DNA of 64,000 bases. Source: Elusimicrobiota bacterium. GTDB taxonomy: Bacteria > Elusimicrobiota > Endomicrobiia > Endomicrobiales > JBDRNC01. Both the position numbers and the translations under genes were made by a program. The notes under the pieces are model-generated. The model ran no database searches. It saw nothing but the letters and a program-made list of their open reading frames with translations, and was not told the origin of the DNA. Position 1 is the first letter of the stretch; each line of letters opens with the position of its first letter. The DNA lies in the NCBI GenBank assembly GCA_043811535.1, contig JBDRNC010000017.1, positions 1 to 64,000 on the forward strand, written 5' to 3'. This document shows positions 31,423 through 40,639 of this stretch, in pieces.

Positions 31423-32466
31423 TTAACATATCCTCGGCAATTGTTCCCCTTCCAGCATCACAACCGGCCGCATGCCCCCCGCTGCCGTTTTTATCCAGAC
31501 GCCTTTCGGCAAATTGACCACTTTGCCTATTACGGCGGATCCTTTACCGTATGTGTCTTTTCTCATTGCGAAAAGCGTTTTTCTTGACCTGTTTTCCGGA
31601 AGTATCGCAATGAGTTTGCCTTCGTTCGCGACGTAAAGTGGGTCGAAACCGAGTATGTTGCACGCCGCTCGCACCTCGCGCTTCACGGGGATCATTTTTT
31701 CGTCTATTATTATGCCGCATCCTGATGCAGACGCTATCTCGTTAAGCGTAGTTGCAAGCCCGCCTCTGGTGGGGTCCCTCATCACATGAATGTTCCTGCA
31801 TGTCGATGTTATCCTGTTTGCCAGCCGGTTCAGCGGGGCGCAGTCGCTTTTCACGGCTGATTTGAGCTTGAATTCGTTTCGGGCCGAAAGGACAGCTATG
31901 CCGTGGTCGCCTATCGTTCCGCTGATGAGCACGGCGTCTCCCGGCCTGGCGTTCCTGCCCGATATATTGACGCCGGCTTCTATGATACCGACGCCGGATG
32001 TCGTAAGGAATATCCTGTCCGCCTTTCCTTTTTCAACAACCTTCGTGTCTCCGGTGACTATGTTTACGCCGGCTTCTTTAGCGGCTTTTGCCGCGGATTC
32101 CGTTATTTTTTCCAAGGCGGATATGCTGAAACCTTCCTCGATTATCGCCGCGATGGAGATTGCAATCGGTCGTGCGCCTTTCATGGCGAGGTCGTTGACA
32201 GTCCCGCAGACGGCGAGCTTGCCGATATCCCCGCCCGGGAAGAATATCGGGTCGACCACAAAAGAATCCGTGGTAAAAGCCAGCCGGTTCTCTTTTGCGG
32301 CAAGTTTCAGCTCAGCGGCGTCATCCATCGCGTTAAGGGCCGGATTGGAAAAATATTTCCTGAACAGCGAAGATATAAGCTCATGAGTAAGCCGCCCGCC
32401 GGAGCCGTGAGCAAGTGTGATATTATAGTGACTAGTGACTGGTGACTGGTAACTAGTTTTTTTCAT
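31423..32466 (-). CDS. hypE: Hydrogenase maturation protein HypE
   Basis: LAHGSGG, TTDSFVV, GTVNDL, RDPTRGG, ANEGK, terminal LPRIC. Confidence 0.97.
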   Translation of the reverse strand: MKKTSYQSPVTSHYNITLAHGSGGRLTHELISSLFRKYFSNPALNAMDDAAELKLAAKENRLAFTTDSFVVDPIFFPGGDIGKLAVCGTVNDLAMKGARPIAISIAAIIEEGFSISALEKITESAAKAAKEAGVNIVTGDTKVVEKGKADRIFLTTSGVGIIEAGVNISGRNARPGDAVLISGTIGDHGIAVLSARNEFKLKSAVKSDCAPLNRLANRITSTCRNIHVMRDPTRGGLATTLNEIASASGCGIIIDEKMIPVKREVRAACNILGFDPLYVANEGKLIAILPENRSRKTLFAMRKDTYGKGSAVIGKVVNLPKGVWIKTAAGGMRPVVMLEGEQLPRIC

Positions 32467-32504
32467 GTCTTTCGGATTTTAGTCTTCCGTCTCCTTTCTT
32501 CCTT

Positions 32505-33518
32505 CTACTGTCTCCCGTATTTATATGCCGCGGCGCAGGCGCCTTCGCTTGATACCATGCAAGGACCTACCGGCCGGCCGGGCGTGCAGGCCTTGCCGAA
32601 TATCGGGCAATCTTCCGGGGCATTCAACCCAAGCAATATCTTCCCGCACAGGCAGGTTCTGTGCTGAGCGGTTTTCGGCAGTTTAACCTTAAATATTTTT
32701 GAAGCGTCGAATTTCCTGTATGCCGGCTTGAAAGCGAGGCCGCTTTTCGGGATTTTGCCTATCTCCCGCCAGTTTGAATCCACCGTCTTGAAAACCTTCG
32801 CAAGCACTGCCTGCGCGGTTTTGTTGCCTTCCGGTTTAACTATGCTTTTATATTGTATCTCAACGGCGGGCTTGCCGTCAACTATCTGCTTAAGTATCAT
32901 CTTTACGCCCTCAAGGATATCATCCGGCTCAAACCCGGTTATTACGGCGGGTATTTTATATTGTTTCGCGATAAACCCGTATGGTCTGGGTCCGATGATG
33001 GCGGAAACGTGGCCCGGCATGATAAATCCGTCAATCTTTCTTTCTTTTATGCTAAGGATAGCCTTTAAGGCGTTTGGTATCGTTTTAAACATCGGCAGAA
33101 CCGAGAAATTCATCACTTTTTTCTTTTTCGCCTGCAGGACCGTCGCCGCGATTGTCGGAGAGGTGGTCTCGAAACCGACGCCAAGAAACACGACTTTCCT
33201 GTTGGGATTGTGTATCGCGATATCCAGAGCGTCAAAGGATGAATAGACAATACGCACGTCGGCGCCTTTTCCCTTCTCCTCCGCCAGTGAAGAATACGAG
33301 CCCGGGACGTTTATCATGTCGCCGAACGTCGCGACTGTCACGCCGGGCAGTTTTGATATCTCTATTGCGCGGTCAATGTCTTCCTGAGGAGTCACGCACA
33401 CCGGGCAGCCCGGACCGGAAATAAGATTTACCTGCGGCGGAAAAAGTTTCTTCAGCCCGTGGCGAGCTATCGCCATCGTGTGCGTCCCGCAGACTTCCAT
33501 GATGTTTAATTTATTCAT
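32505..33518 (-). CDS. hypD: Hydrogenase maturation protein HypD (short N-terminus)
   Basis: MEVCGTHT, GPGCPVC, GFETT, PGHVS, GPCMVSSEGAC. Confidence 0.96.
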   Translation of the reverse strand: MNKLNIMEVCGTHTMAIARHGLKKLFPPQVNLISGPGCPVCVTPQEDIDRAIEISKLPGVTVATFGDMINVPGSYSSLAEEKGKGADVRIVYSSFDALDIAIHNPNRKVVFLGVGFETTSPTIAATVLQAKKKKVMNFSVLPMFKTIPNALKAILSIKERKIDGFIMPGHVSAIIGPRPYGFIAKQYKIPAVITGFEPDDILEGVKMILKQIVDGKPAVEIQYKSIVKPEGNKTAQAVLAKVFKTVDSNWREIGKIPKSGLAFKPAYRKFDASKIFKVKLPKTAQHRTCLCGKILLGLNAPEDCPIFGKACTPGRPVGPCMVSSEGACAAAYKYGRQ

Positions 33519-33523
33519 AAGGC

Positions 33524-33556
33524 GTATCTAGTATCTGGTATCTCGTATCTAGTAAA
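33524..33556. repeat. Left heptamer arm (GTATCTN)x4-GTAAA
   Basis: gtatcta gtatctg gtatctc gtatcta gtaaa; inverted partner at 34272-34304. Confidence 0.9.
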
Positions 33557-33607
33557 AACCCGACAGCCAAATGGAACCCGAAAAACAGTATAAATCAATG
33601 TAGTTTA

Positions 33608-34231
33608 CTAAATCTCGTGTGAATCTATTTTTAACTTTTTGGTTATCTTTACTGTTTCGTAATAACTCTGAAGCTCAGAAAAGTGGAAATAATTATCAAA
33701 TTCATGCTTTTTTGAGAGGACGAGCTCTTCGTATGGTTCCCTATCCTTTGATAAAAATCTGCAATAGATATGAGGAATATTGTAGAATTCATCGCCATCC
33801 CAGTCTATATTAACTATCCTATCAAACGGTATGCGTCCAATAAGATAACAATTAGTATATTCCTTTTCGTCTTTAGAACTAAACCGCCATTTATCTAGTT
33901 CATCTACAAAATTTACACTCAGTATTCTTAGAATTACTTCTAAACCTCGGTGATACGTTCCTGCTATTCCTACGCGAAACCATGGTGAAATACCTTTCGC
34001 TTTTTCATCAGTATTCGGATATTCATCCATCCGACTAGCATCCCTAATTATTGCTTCACTAAATGCATGTGAATCTAATCTGTTGTCAATTCTACTGATA
34101 ATTTCATTTTTCCATTTCTGTCGTAGTTGTATGATTTCACTTGAATCTGGTTTTTTAAAATGTTTTACAAACCATCCGATTACTTTTAGAAGAATATCAA
34201 TAATGAGTTTAAATATTCCTAAATCCGTCAT
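33608..34231 (-). CDS. AT-rich hypothetical cargo protein
   Basis: 207-aa ORF, visibly AT-rich; motif-like GISPWFRVG, YHRGLE, IDWDGDEFY..PHIYC; function not recognised. Confidence 0.75.
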   Translation of the reverse strand: MTDLGIFKLIIDILLKVIGWFVKHFKKPDSSEIIQLRQKWKNEIISRIDNRLDSHAFSEAIIRDASRMDEYPNTDEKAKGISPWFRVGIAGTYHRGLEVILRILSVNFVDELDKWRFSSKDEKEYTNCYLIGRIPFDRIVNIDWDGDEFYNIPHIYCRFLSKDREPYEELVLSKKHEFDNYFHFSELQSYYETVKITKKLKIDSHEI

Positions 34232-34271
34232 ATTAGTCCCTTGTCACAATAAGCATACATTACCGTTGGTC

Positions 34272-34304
34272 TTTACTAGATACCAGATACTAGATACGAG
34301 ATAC
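34272..34304. repeat. Right heptamer arm (inverted)
   Basis: tttac tagatac cagatac tagatac gagatac; 30/33 match to reverse complement of left arm; contains the GNAT stop codon. Confidence 0.9.
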
Positions 34305-34877
34305 TGTCTTTAGCCACTCTTTCTTCAATATCGCGTACATTTTCAGGTCGCGGGGCTTGCCTTTGACGAAAATGCCCTCGCGCATGATACCTTCGAATTT
34401 CATTCCGCATTTTTTCATGACTTTCTCGGAACCTTTGTTGTCTATCATGCAGTGAGCGCATATCCTGTTGAGTTTCAATTTTCCGAAGCCGAAATCCAGC
34501 ATGGCTTCCACAGCTTCCGTCATCAGTCCCTTTCCCCAGTATTTGCGCGACATCGCGTATCCTATCTCGGCTTTGCGGAAATTGGAATTATAATTGTTGA
34601 AGCCGCACGTGCCTATGAGTTTTCCGTTTTCCTTGAGAATCATTCCCCATGATTCAGGTACGGCTTTTCTGTACTCACGCTGGACGTATTTGAGGAATCC
34701 CCTCGTGTCCTTTATCGACTTGTGGCGGGCCCAGATAGTGTACCTGCTGACCAATGGATCGCGCCCGTATTCGTATATATCGCAAGCGTCACTCATTTTC
34801 AACTTTCTCAGTATGAGCCGCTTGGTCTTTAATGTCGGCAGATTATGGAAGACTTTATTTGTTTCAGAGTTTTTCAT
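34290..34877 (-). CDS. RimJ/RimL-family GNAT acetyltransferase
   Basis: LKTKRLILR, LIGTCG, AEIGY...YWGKGLMTEA, NKGSEKVMKKCGMKFEG. Confidence 0.9.
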   Translation of the reverse strand: MKNSETNKVFHNLPTLKTKRLILRKLKMSDACDIYEYGRDPLVSRYTIWARHKSIKDTRGFLKYVQREYRKAVPESWGMILKENGKLIGTCGFNNYNSNFRKAEIGYAMSRKYWGKGLMTEAVEAMLDFGFGKLKLNRICAHCMIDNKGSEKVMKKCGMKFEGIMREGIFVKGKPRDLKMYAILKKEWLKTVSRI

Positions 34878-34878
34878 A

Positions 34879-35130
34879 TTACTGTTCGCTGCTAACTGCT
34901 TCCTGCTCACTGTCTTGTCCATATGCCTCATTGATGGCCTTAAGCGTTTCCCTGGCATCTTTCTCGGAGAGTTTTTGTATCGCGAAACCGGCGTGCACAA
35001 TAACGTAGTCGCCTACTTTTACCGACGGCATCAGGTCAAGCTGGGCAGCGCGGATCACGCCGCCGAAATCAATTTCCGCGCGCTTGTCTTTTTCTATTTT
35101 GATGATTTTTCCCGGTATGGCAAGACACAT
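34879..35130 (-). CDS. hypC: Hydrogenase chaperone HypC
   Basis: MCLAIPG, VGDYVIVHAGFAI; tail DSEQEAVSSEQ is encoded by a heptamer array (34881-34914). Confidence 0.96.
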   Translation of the reverse strand: MCLAIPGKIIKIEKDKRAEIDFGGVIRAAQLDLMPSVKVGDYVIVHAGFAIQKLSEKDARETLKAINEAYGQDSEQEAVSSEQ

Positions 35131-35158
35131 AATCTTTAACTCCGATTAATTTTAAATA

Positions 35159-36304
35159 TTAAATTCGCGCAGCGAGCCATGCTTGACCTAATGAAATACA
35201 CCCGTCGTTTACGGAAACCGCCTGGTTGTAATGGACCTTGAAGCCGGCGCTTTCGAGTTTTTCTTTTGCCAGCGAAAGAAGGACGCGGTTCTGGAAACAT
35301 CCCCCGCTTAAGGCAATATCTTTTACGCCGTATTTTTTACCGAAACGTTTTGAGAGCGCGAGGATGATTTCCGCGAGCGTCAGGTGGAACTTGGCAGAGA
35401 TGACTTTATTGCTTACGCCTGAAATTTTGTCTTTCCATATTTGTCTTATGAGTTCAGTTGTAGGAATTTTCACTGGCGACTGGCGACTAGCGACTAGCCC
35501 CAGTATTTTAAGATTATAACCTTTTTTAACAACCGTGTCTATCGCAAGCGATTCAAGTTCTATAGCGGCCTGGGCCTCAAAACTTACTTCATTTTTCAAA
35601 CCGATTATCGCGGCGACGGCGTCAAAAAGCCTGCCGGCGCTGCAGCATAAGGGCGAGTTAATCCCTTTAGCGGCCATCTCCCTGATTTCCTTCCAGGGCT
35701 TGTTTTTGATATGTGCGGGGATAGCGTCAATACCGGATTGCTTCAACAGCGAAACAGCCAGACGCCAGATCTCTTTTACCGCGATATCGCCGCCGGGCAG
35801 CGGGAAGTAATCAAAGTGGGCAAGGCGGCTGAACTTACCATTCTTCCAAAGCAGGCATTCCCCGCCCCATATCTTGCCGTCGGTCCCCAGACCCGTGCCG
35901 TCAAATGCGAAGCCGATGACGGGTTTCTCCAGCTGTTTTTCGGCCAGCACGGAAGCTATATGGGCGAAATGATGCTGAACCTCTACAATTGACAATGAGC
36001 AATTAGCATTTAACAATTTACGAGCAAAGACAGACGACATGTAATTGGGGTGGAGGTCATGAGCGATTATCCGCGGTTCAACCTTGAGAAATTTCTTGAG
36101 ACGCGAGATTGATTTTTTGAAGAGTTCCAGCGCATCATAGTTGTCAAGGCCGCCTGTCAGGGTGGAAACGTGGAAGTCCTTTCCTTTTGTAAGGCAAAAA
36201 CCGCCCTTGAGTTCGGCTCCGGTTGCCAGTATTTGGGGCATCTGTCTTTTCCCGCGGACGAGAAGAGCCTTGCGGATGTTATTTCCCTTCAACGCTTTTG
36301 ACAT
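35159..36304 (-). CDS. hypF: Short HypF (C-terminal Kae1-like domain only)
   Basis: GAELK, HDLHPNY, QHHFAH, FDGTGLGTDGKIWGGE, SAGRLFDA, SGGCFQN, NDGCISLGQ. Confidence 0.88.
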   Translation of the reverse strand: MSKALKGNNIRKALLVRGKRQMPQILATGAELKGGFCLTKGKDFHVSTLTGGLDNYDALELFKKSISRLKKFLKVEPRIIAHDLHPNYMSSVFARKLLNANCSLSIVEVQHHFAHIASVLAEKQLEKPVIGFAFDGTGLGTDGKIWGGECLLWKNGKFSRLAHFDYFPLPGGDIAVKEIWRLAVSLLKQSGIDAIPAHIKNKPWKEIREMAAKGINSPLCCSAGRLFDAVAAIIGLKNEVSFEAQAAIELESLAIDTVVKKGYNLKILGLVASRQSPVKIPTTELIRQIWKDKISGVSNKVISAKFHLTLAEIILALSKRFGKKYGVKDIALSGGCFQNRVLLSLAKEKLESAGFKVHYNQAVSVNDGCISLGQAWLAARI

Positions 36305-36626
36305 AGCAGTCTTTCCCGGACGTTATCTCCATGTTCATGCCTTTGCATGAGGGGCAATTCAGCGCCGACAGCTCTGTGCCCGTTATTTCCCTGCCGCAGT
36401 CAGAGCACTTTGCCTTGACTTTTTCGACTGACAGCGCGAGCTCCGCTCCTTCGGCGAAGGATCCGGGAAATATATGGTCTTTGAATGAATGTTCCAGCAG
36501 GTGCGCGTCAATGCCGGCTGATTCGCCGACAACTATAGCGACGCCGGATATCTTCCCGAGCTTTTTATCCGCCGCTATTTTCTTGATTTCCGCCCACAAG
36601 TCCCTGGCAATACCTATTTCGTGCAT
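36279..36626 (-). CDS. hypA: Nickel metallochaperone HypA
   Basis: MHE start; CSDC...CPSC. Confidence 0.93.
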   Translation of the reverse strand: MHEIGIARDLWAEIKKIAADKKLGKISGVAIVVGESAGIDAHLLEHSFKDHIFPGSFAEGAELALSVEKVKAKCSDCGREITGTELSALNCPSCKGMNMEITSGKDCYVKSVEGK

Positions 36627-36662
36627 TGTCGTTCCTATTTCCTGATTACTACCGTATTTGTT

Positions 36663-36684
36663 CCGGGACTAAAGTCCCGGCTAC
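36663..36684 (-). repeat. GTAG-type REP hairpin
   Basis: Minus strand GTAG-CCGGGACT-TT-AGTCCCGG. Confidence 0.6.
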
Positions 36685-36782
36685 TTTTGATAATTGTTTA
36701 TTGTTAATTGCTGATTGTTAATTGCTGCCGTATTTGTTATTTCCTAATTGCCAATCGCAAATTGCTAATCGCTGTCTTTACA

Positions 36783-37229
36783 TCATTCTATCATTGAAAC
36801 GAGGTCGGATACCGCTTTTTCCACTTCGGGCGACATGCTTTCGCCGAGTTTTATCGATTTCGGCTGAATACCCAGCAGCACGACGTCAGCGCCGCATTCC
36901 TGTTTTATAGTGTCCGCTATCAATGCGAGCGAGATGCCATGCGTCGAAACACCAGCCTGATCCAGTTCTTCGTAACCAAAGATTTTGTAAGTTCCAGGTT
37001 TGCTGCCCATATCCACGGCATCGGCGAGCACCACGGTTTTTGCCCCGGAAGAAGTGATCCTGCGCAGATAATTCTCAGGAATTTCCCCGCAGTTAATCGC
37101 GCTTGTTTTTTTGTTGTTGACGATGATATTCTCGGCGAGCACGGGGCCGACAGCGTCATCGCCTTTCATGATATTGCCGATACCCACAATTAGAACGGGT
37201 TTCTTTAAATTAATAAAGATGTTTTCCAT
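36783..37229 (-). CDS. Hydrogenase maturation protease (HycI-like)
   Basis: GIGNIMKGDDAVG, PENY, DAVDMG, STHGISL, LGIQP. Confidence 0.92.
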   Translation of the reverse strand: MENIFINLKKPVLIVGIGNIMKGDDAVGPVLAENIIVNNKKTSAINCGEIPENYLRRITSSGAKTVVLADAVDMGSKPGTYKIFGYEELDQAGVSTHGISLALIADTIKQECGADVVLLGIQPKSIKLGESMSPEVEKAVSDLVSMIE

Positions 37230-37270
37230 ATAATTTGAAATCTGAAATCTGTAATTTGAAATTCGCCGTA

Positions 37271-37894
37271 TTAGGGTTGTTTCCCCGTCTGGTTGTGGAC
37301 CAGCACCATATGGCGGCATTTCGGGCAAAGTATCCTGAAAAGGTCGGTTCGCTGAACGGGAGGCGGAATAATTCCGGAAGACAGGTCTTCGGCGATCTGA
37401 AGCTCTTTCTGGGAAGTATATATGAGATTGAAATTTCCGGAATACAGCGGGCCCAGCTTCCGGATCATCCACAGCAGTTGCGCTTTCGGAGCGATAATTT
37501 CGCCGCAGTCCTCGCAAAGGACAAGCTCTTTTTCAACGCCCTGGAATAATTCCGAACGGTCGGTCGTGGCAAGGTCGAATTCAAGCGAGAGCTTAACGCC
37601 CTTTTTTGTCGTGCAAAGCCGCTCGCATTGCCCGCAGAATATGCACATATCATAATGCCAGACCACGCTTCTATACGGCGGTTTGTTTCCCGCGGTGTTT
37701 TTGACCTCTATAGCTCCGGAAGGACACACTTCGGCGCAAGCGCCGCAGGCGATGCATTCGTTATCGTCAGGTATGGGCCTTCCCCTGAACCCGGGCATTG
37801 GCGTGTGCGGCTCGTACGGATACCTGGTAGTGTAAGGGCCTTTTATCAGCGCCTTAACGGCTTCTATTAGTTCTCTGATTTTAGGATATTTCAT
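37271..37894 (-). CDS. NuoI/MbhN-like 2[4Fe-4S] subunit
   Basis: YTTRYP..FRGRP, CIACGACAEVCP, CIFCGQCERLC. Confidence 0.88.
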   Translation of the reverse strand: MKYPKIRELIEAVKALIKGPYTTRYPYEPHTPMPGFRGRPIPDDNECIACGACAEVCPSGAIEVKNTAGNKPPYRSVVWHYDMCIFCGQCERLCTTKKGVKLSLEFDLATTDRSELFQGVEKELVLCEDCGEIIAPKAQLLWMIRKLGPLYSGNFNLIYTSQKELQIAEDLSSGIIPPPVQRTDLFRILCPKCRHMVLVHNQTGKQP

Positions 37895-37987
37895 AAAATT
37901 AGTTATGAGTATATTGGGTAATGTGTAATGAGTAAAGACTTTAAATTTACAAAATACCCGATACTCAATACCCGATACAATACGTCG

Positions 37988-38326
37988 TTATTTTACCAAT
38001 TTCCCCTTATCTTCCTCGTATTTGTCGCAGACGCTGCCTTCCCACGGCTTGATGCCGGATATATGCGCCGCGCGTGAAAGAGCGTGTGCCGAGACCGGTG
38101 AAGTTATCAGCAGGAATAGGGCGCATAGCAGTGCTTTTATACCGAGCGCGGAAAAGCCATTGATGACGAATATCCCGAACATTATGCTGGACGTGCCCAT
38201 CGTAACGCACTTGGTCGAGCCGAGCAGGCGGTTATAGACGTCCGGGAAACGCAGCAGCGCCAGCGCTCCGAAGAAATCAAATACCACGCCTATGGTCACG
38301 AAAATATATCCGATAACTTCAATCAT
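37988..38326 (-). CDS. MrpG/MbhC-like antiporter subunit
   Basis: LRFPDVYNRL, TKCVT, TSPVSAHALSRAA. Confidence 0.9.
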   Translation of the reverse strand: MIEVIGYIFVTIGVVFDFFGALALLRFPDVYNRLLGSTKCVTMGTSSIMFGIFVINGFSALGIKALLCALFLLITSPVSAHALSRAAHISGIKPWEGSVCDKYEEDKGKLVK

Positions 38327-38654
38327 CGAACGATCTCCCTTCAAGGTATTTCGCCAAAGCGAGCGTCCCTATGAACGCCTGGAGCGCCCACGCGATGCCG
38401 ATGTCCAGGTAAATATCGCGCTTATATACCAGCGCCGCTATCCCGCAGAAACCGATAACGAGGATTCCCATTATATCTAGCGCGGCGGCGCGGTCGGCCG
38501 GCGTCGGTCCCAGGAAAAGCCTTACGAGCACAAGGAAGCAGACCATCAAAAGCGAGTAAAACCACCTGGACAGCGCGTCCGGAGCGATAAAGACCACGCA
38601 AATGGCGAACGAGACCGCCAGAATCAATCCTATGAGCCAGTGCAGTTTTTTCAT
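38319..38654 (-). CDS. MrpF/MbhB-like antiporter subunit
   Basis: RLFLGPTPADRAAALD, FIGTLALAKYLEG. Confidence 0.9.
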   Translation of the reverse strand: MKKLHWLIGLILAVSFAICVVFIAPDALSRWFYSLLMVCFLVLVRLFLGPTPADRAAALDIMGILVIGFCGIAALVYKRDIYLDIGIAWALQAFIGTLALAKYLEGRSFDD

Positions 38655-38655
38655 C

Positions 38656-39153
38656 TTATTCGAAGATCCTTGCCAGTATTTTTTCGTATTTATCTACTAA
38701 TAGGTGCGTCGCCTCGGTTTCATCCTGGGTTTTTACGTTCAGCCAGTGGATGTAAAGGAATCCGTTGTCCTTGTCCACGTCAACCGTTGTGGTGCCCGGA
38801 GTCAGCGTGAGCGAATTCGCAAGGAAAGTTATGCCTGTTTCGCTCTTGAGTTTGGTCCTGACCCTGACTATGCCCGGTTTTATTGGAAGTTCGGGGCTTA
38901 ACAGCCTGCGCGCGACGTCGATGTTCGCTTTCACTATCTCCCAGACAAATACGGGGAAGTACACGGCGAACCACATATATCTTGACAGGTGCGCAAATTT
39001 ATGCGGGTTTTCAGTGAACATGTCCCCTGTGAGGAACGCGACGATCAGGCTGCAGGCCACGCCCGTGATGATGTGCTGCAGGTCAACCGACCACGAGAGC
39101 ACGAACCACAGAAGAAGCGAAAGGATGAAGAGCACTATCCTGCTTTTTTTCAT
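38656..39153 (-). CDS. MrpE/MbhA-like antiporter subunit
   Basis: ANIDVA, IKPGIV, ANSLTLTPGT, LYIHW. Confidence 0.9.
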   Translation of the reverse strand: MKKSRIVLFILSLLLWFVLSWSVDLQHIITGVACSLIVAFLTGDMFTENPHKFAHLSRYMWFAVYFPVFVWEIVKANIDVARRLLSPELPIKPGIVRVRTKLKSETGITFLANSLTLTPGTTTVDVDKDNGFLYIHWLNVKTQDETEATHLLVDKYEKILARIFE

Positions 39154-40637
39154 TTCATCAGCTCCAGCGCGACCAGCTTTGCATAACCCGTCCCGCTCAG
39201 CAGCGCGTTCTGCGCGAGCCCCAGAAAGTTTTCGTAGATGCCCGAAAGCAGAAGCATTCCGGCGCAGACGCACAATACGGAGATTACTATCATCGGGACA
39301 GTCATCTTCCAGCCCGATTCCTTCACGTTAAGGAACCTGTCTTTCTGGAACCCGAAGAAAACATATCTCTGGATCTTTAAAAACGATGCCAGCGTGAGAA
39401 TGCTCGCGAAAACAGCAAAAGAGGCGAACCAGTATTTTCCCGCCTGGATGCAGGCGAGTATTATTATCAGTTTACTCCAGAAGCCGTTGAGCGGCGGGAT
39501 GCCGGAAATCGACAGCGACGCCACGAGCGAAGAGAAACCCGTCAGAGGCATTTTCTTGTTAAGCCCCCCAAGTTCCTTAAGGTTCCTTGTTCCTGTTGCC
39601 CTCTGCACGCTTCCGGCGACCAGGAACAACAGGGGTTTAAATAATGAATGGTTGAACAGGTGGAACAGCCCGCCGAGAATGCCCAGCGGCGTGCCCAGCC
39701 CCAATCCGAGGATTATATAACCTACCTGGCTTATCGAATGGTACGCCAGCAGGCGTTTGAAATCCCATTGGCTTAAAGCCAGCAGTACGCCCGAAAGCAT
39801 AGAGATTGTTCCGAGAATGAGCAGTATCGAGGAGAATGCATGGCTGAAACCTATCACATTGAAGAACAGGCGCATCATGGCGTAAACGCCTATCGTTTTA
39901 ATTACGACGCCGGAAAGAACCGCCGAGATAGGAGACGGAGCGGAAGGATGCGCGTCCGGAAGCCACGAATGAAAAGGCACAAGCGCGGTTTTGAATGCGA
40001 ACCCGGCCGTCAGCAGCGCAACTATTAAAATGTTAAAAATATTCCTGTCGTTGTTCCAGCTCATCGCGATATCCGCGAGATTTAACGTGGATGTTTTCGC
40101 GTAAATCAGGGCAATCGCAAGCAGTATGAGTATCGAAGACAGCGTTCCCGGGACGGCGTATTTGATCGAGGCCTCGAAACTCTCCCCGTCGCATTCGTAA
40201 GAAACAAGCGCGTAGGAGGCTATGGACGCGATTTCAAGGAAAATGAACATGTTGAACAGATCGCCGGATATAAGGACGCCGTTGAGCCCGGCGAGCAGAA
40301 GCTGGAACAGGGCGTAATACTTCCATTTATTTGAATAGTGTTCGGCGTATTCCACGGAGTAAATCATCAGAAGGGATATAACCACGTTGACGAGCACAAG
40401 CATCATCGCCGTCAAACCGTCGGCGACCAGTGTGATGCCCGCCGGAGGCAGCCAGCCACCGATTTTATACACGGCAATCCCGTTATGGATGACTGTATTC
40501 AGTATCCTGAAAGAAATGACCGCTACGCAGACCGTCGAAATCACGGATACGGCATCCAGTATTCTCCTTGGAAACCGGTTGATCGCGGATATTACCGCCG
40601 CAGCCGTAAGAGGGATGAGAACAAAAAGCGCCAGCAT
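39150..40637 (-). CDS. MrpD/MbhH-like proton/cation-translocating subunit
   Basis: GDLFNMFIFLE, PFHSWLPDAH, KRLLAYHSISQVGY, GIPPLNGFWSK. Confidence 0.92.
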   Translation of the reverse strand: MLALFVLIPLTAAAVISAINRFPRRILDAVSVISTVCVAVISFRILNTVIHNGIAVYKIGGWLPPAGITLVADGLTAMMLVLVNVVISLLMIYSVEYAEHYSNKWKYYALFQLLLAGLNGVLISGDLFNMFIFLEIASIASYALVSYECDGESFEASIKYAVPGTLSSILILLAIALIYAKTSTLNLADIAMSWNNDRNIFNILIVALLTAGFAFKTALVPFHSWLPDAHPSAPSPISAVLSGVVIKTIGVYAMMRLFFNVIGFSHAFSSILLILGTISMLSGVLLALSQWDFKRLLAYHSISQVGYIILGLGLGTPLGILGGLFHLFNHSLFKPLLFLVAGSVQRATGTRNLKELGGLNKKMPLTGFSSLVASLSISGIPPLNGFWSKLIIILACIQAGKYWFASFAVFASILTLASFLKIQRYVFFGFQKDRFLNVKESGWKMTVPMIVISVLCVCAGMLLLSGIYENFLGLAQNALLSGTGYAKLVALELMK

Positions 40638-40639
40638 GT

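Noticed and set aside
37229..37517. N-terminal extensions in the ORF track (protease, GNAT, MrpE, MrpB, nusB, fabF, DUF362 fusion)
   Set aside because: They overlap upstream genes or translate repeat arrays or leaders; downstream starts fit the families better.
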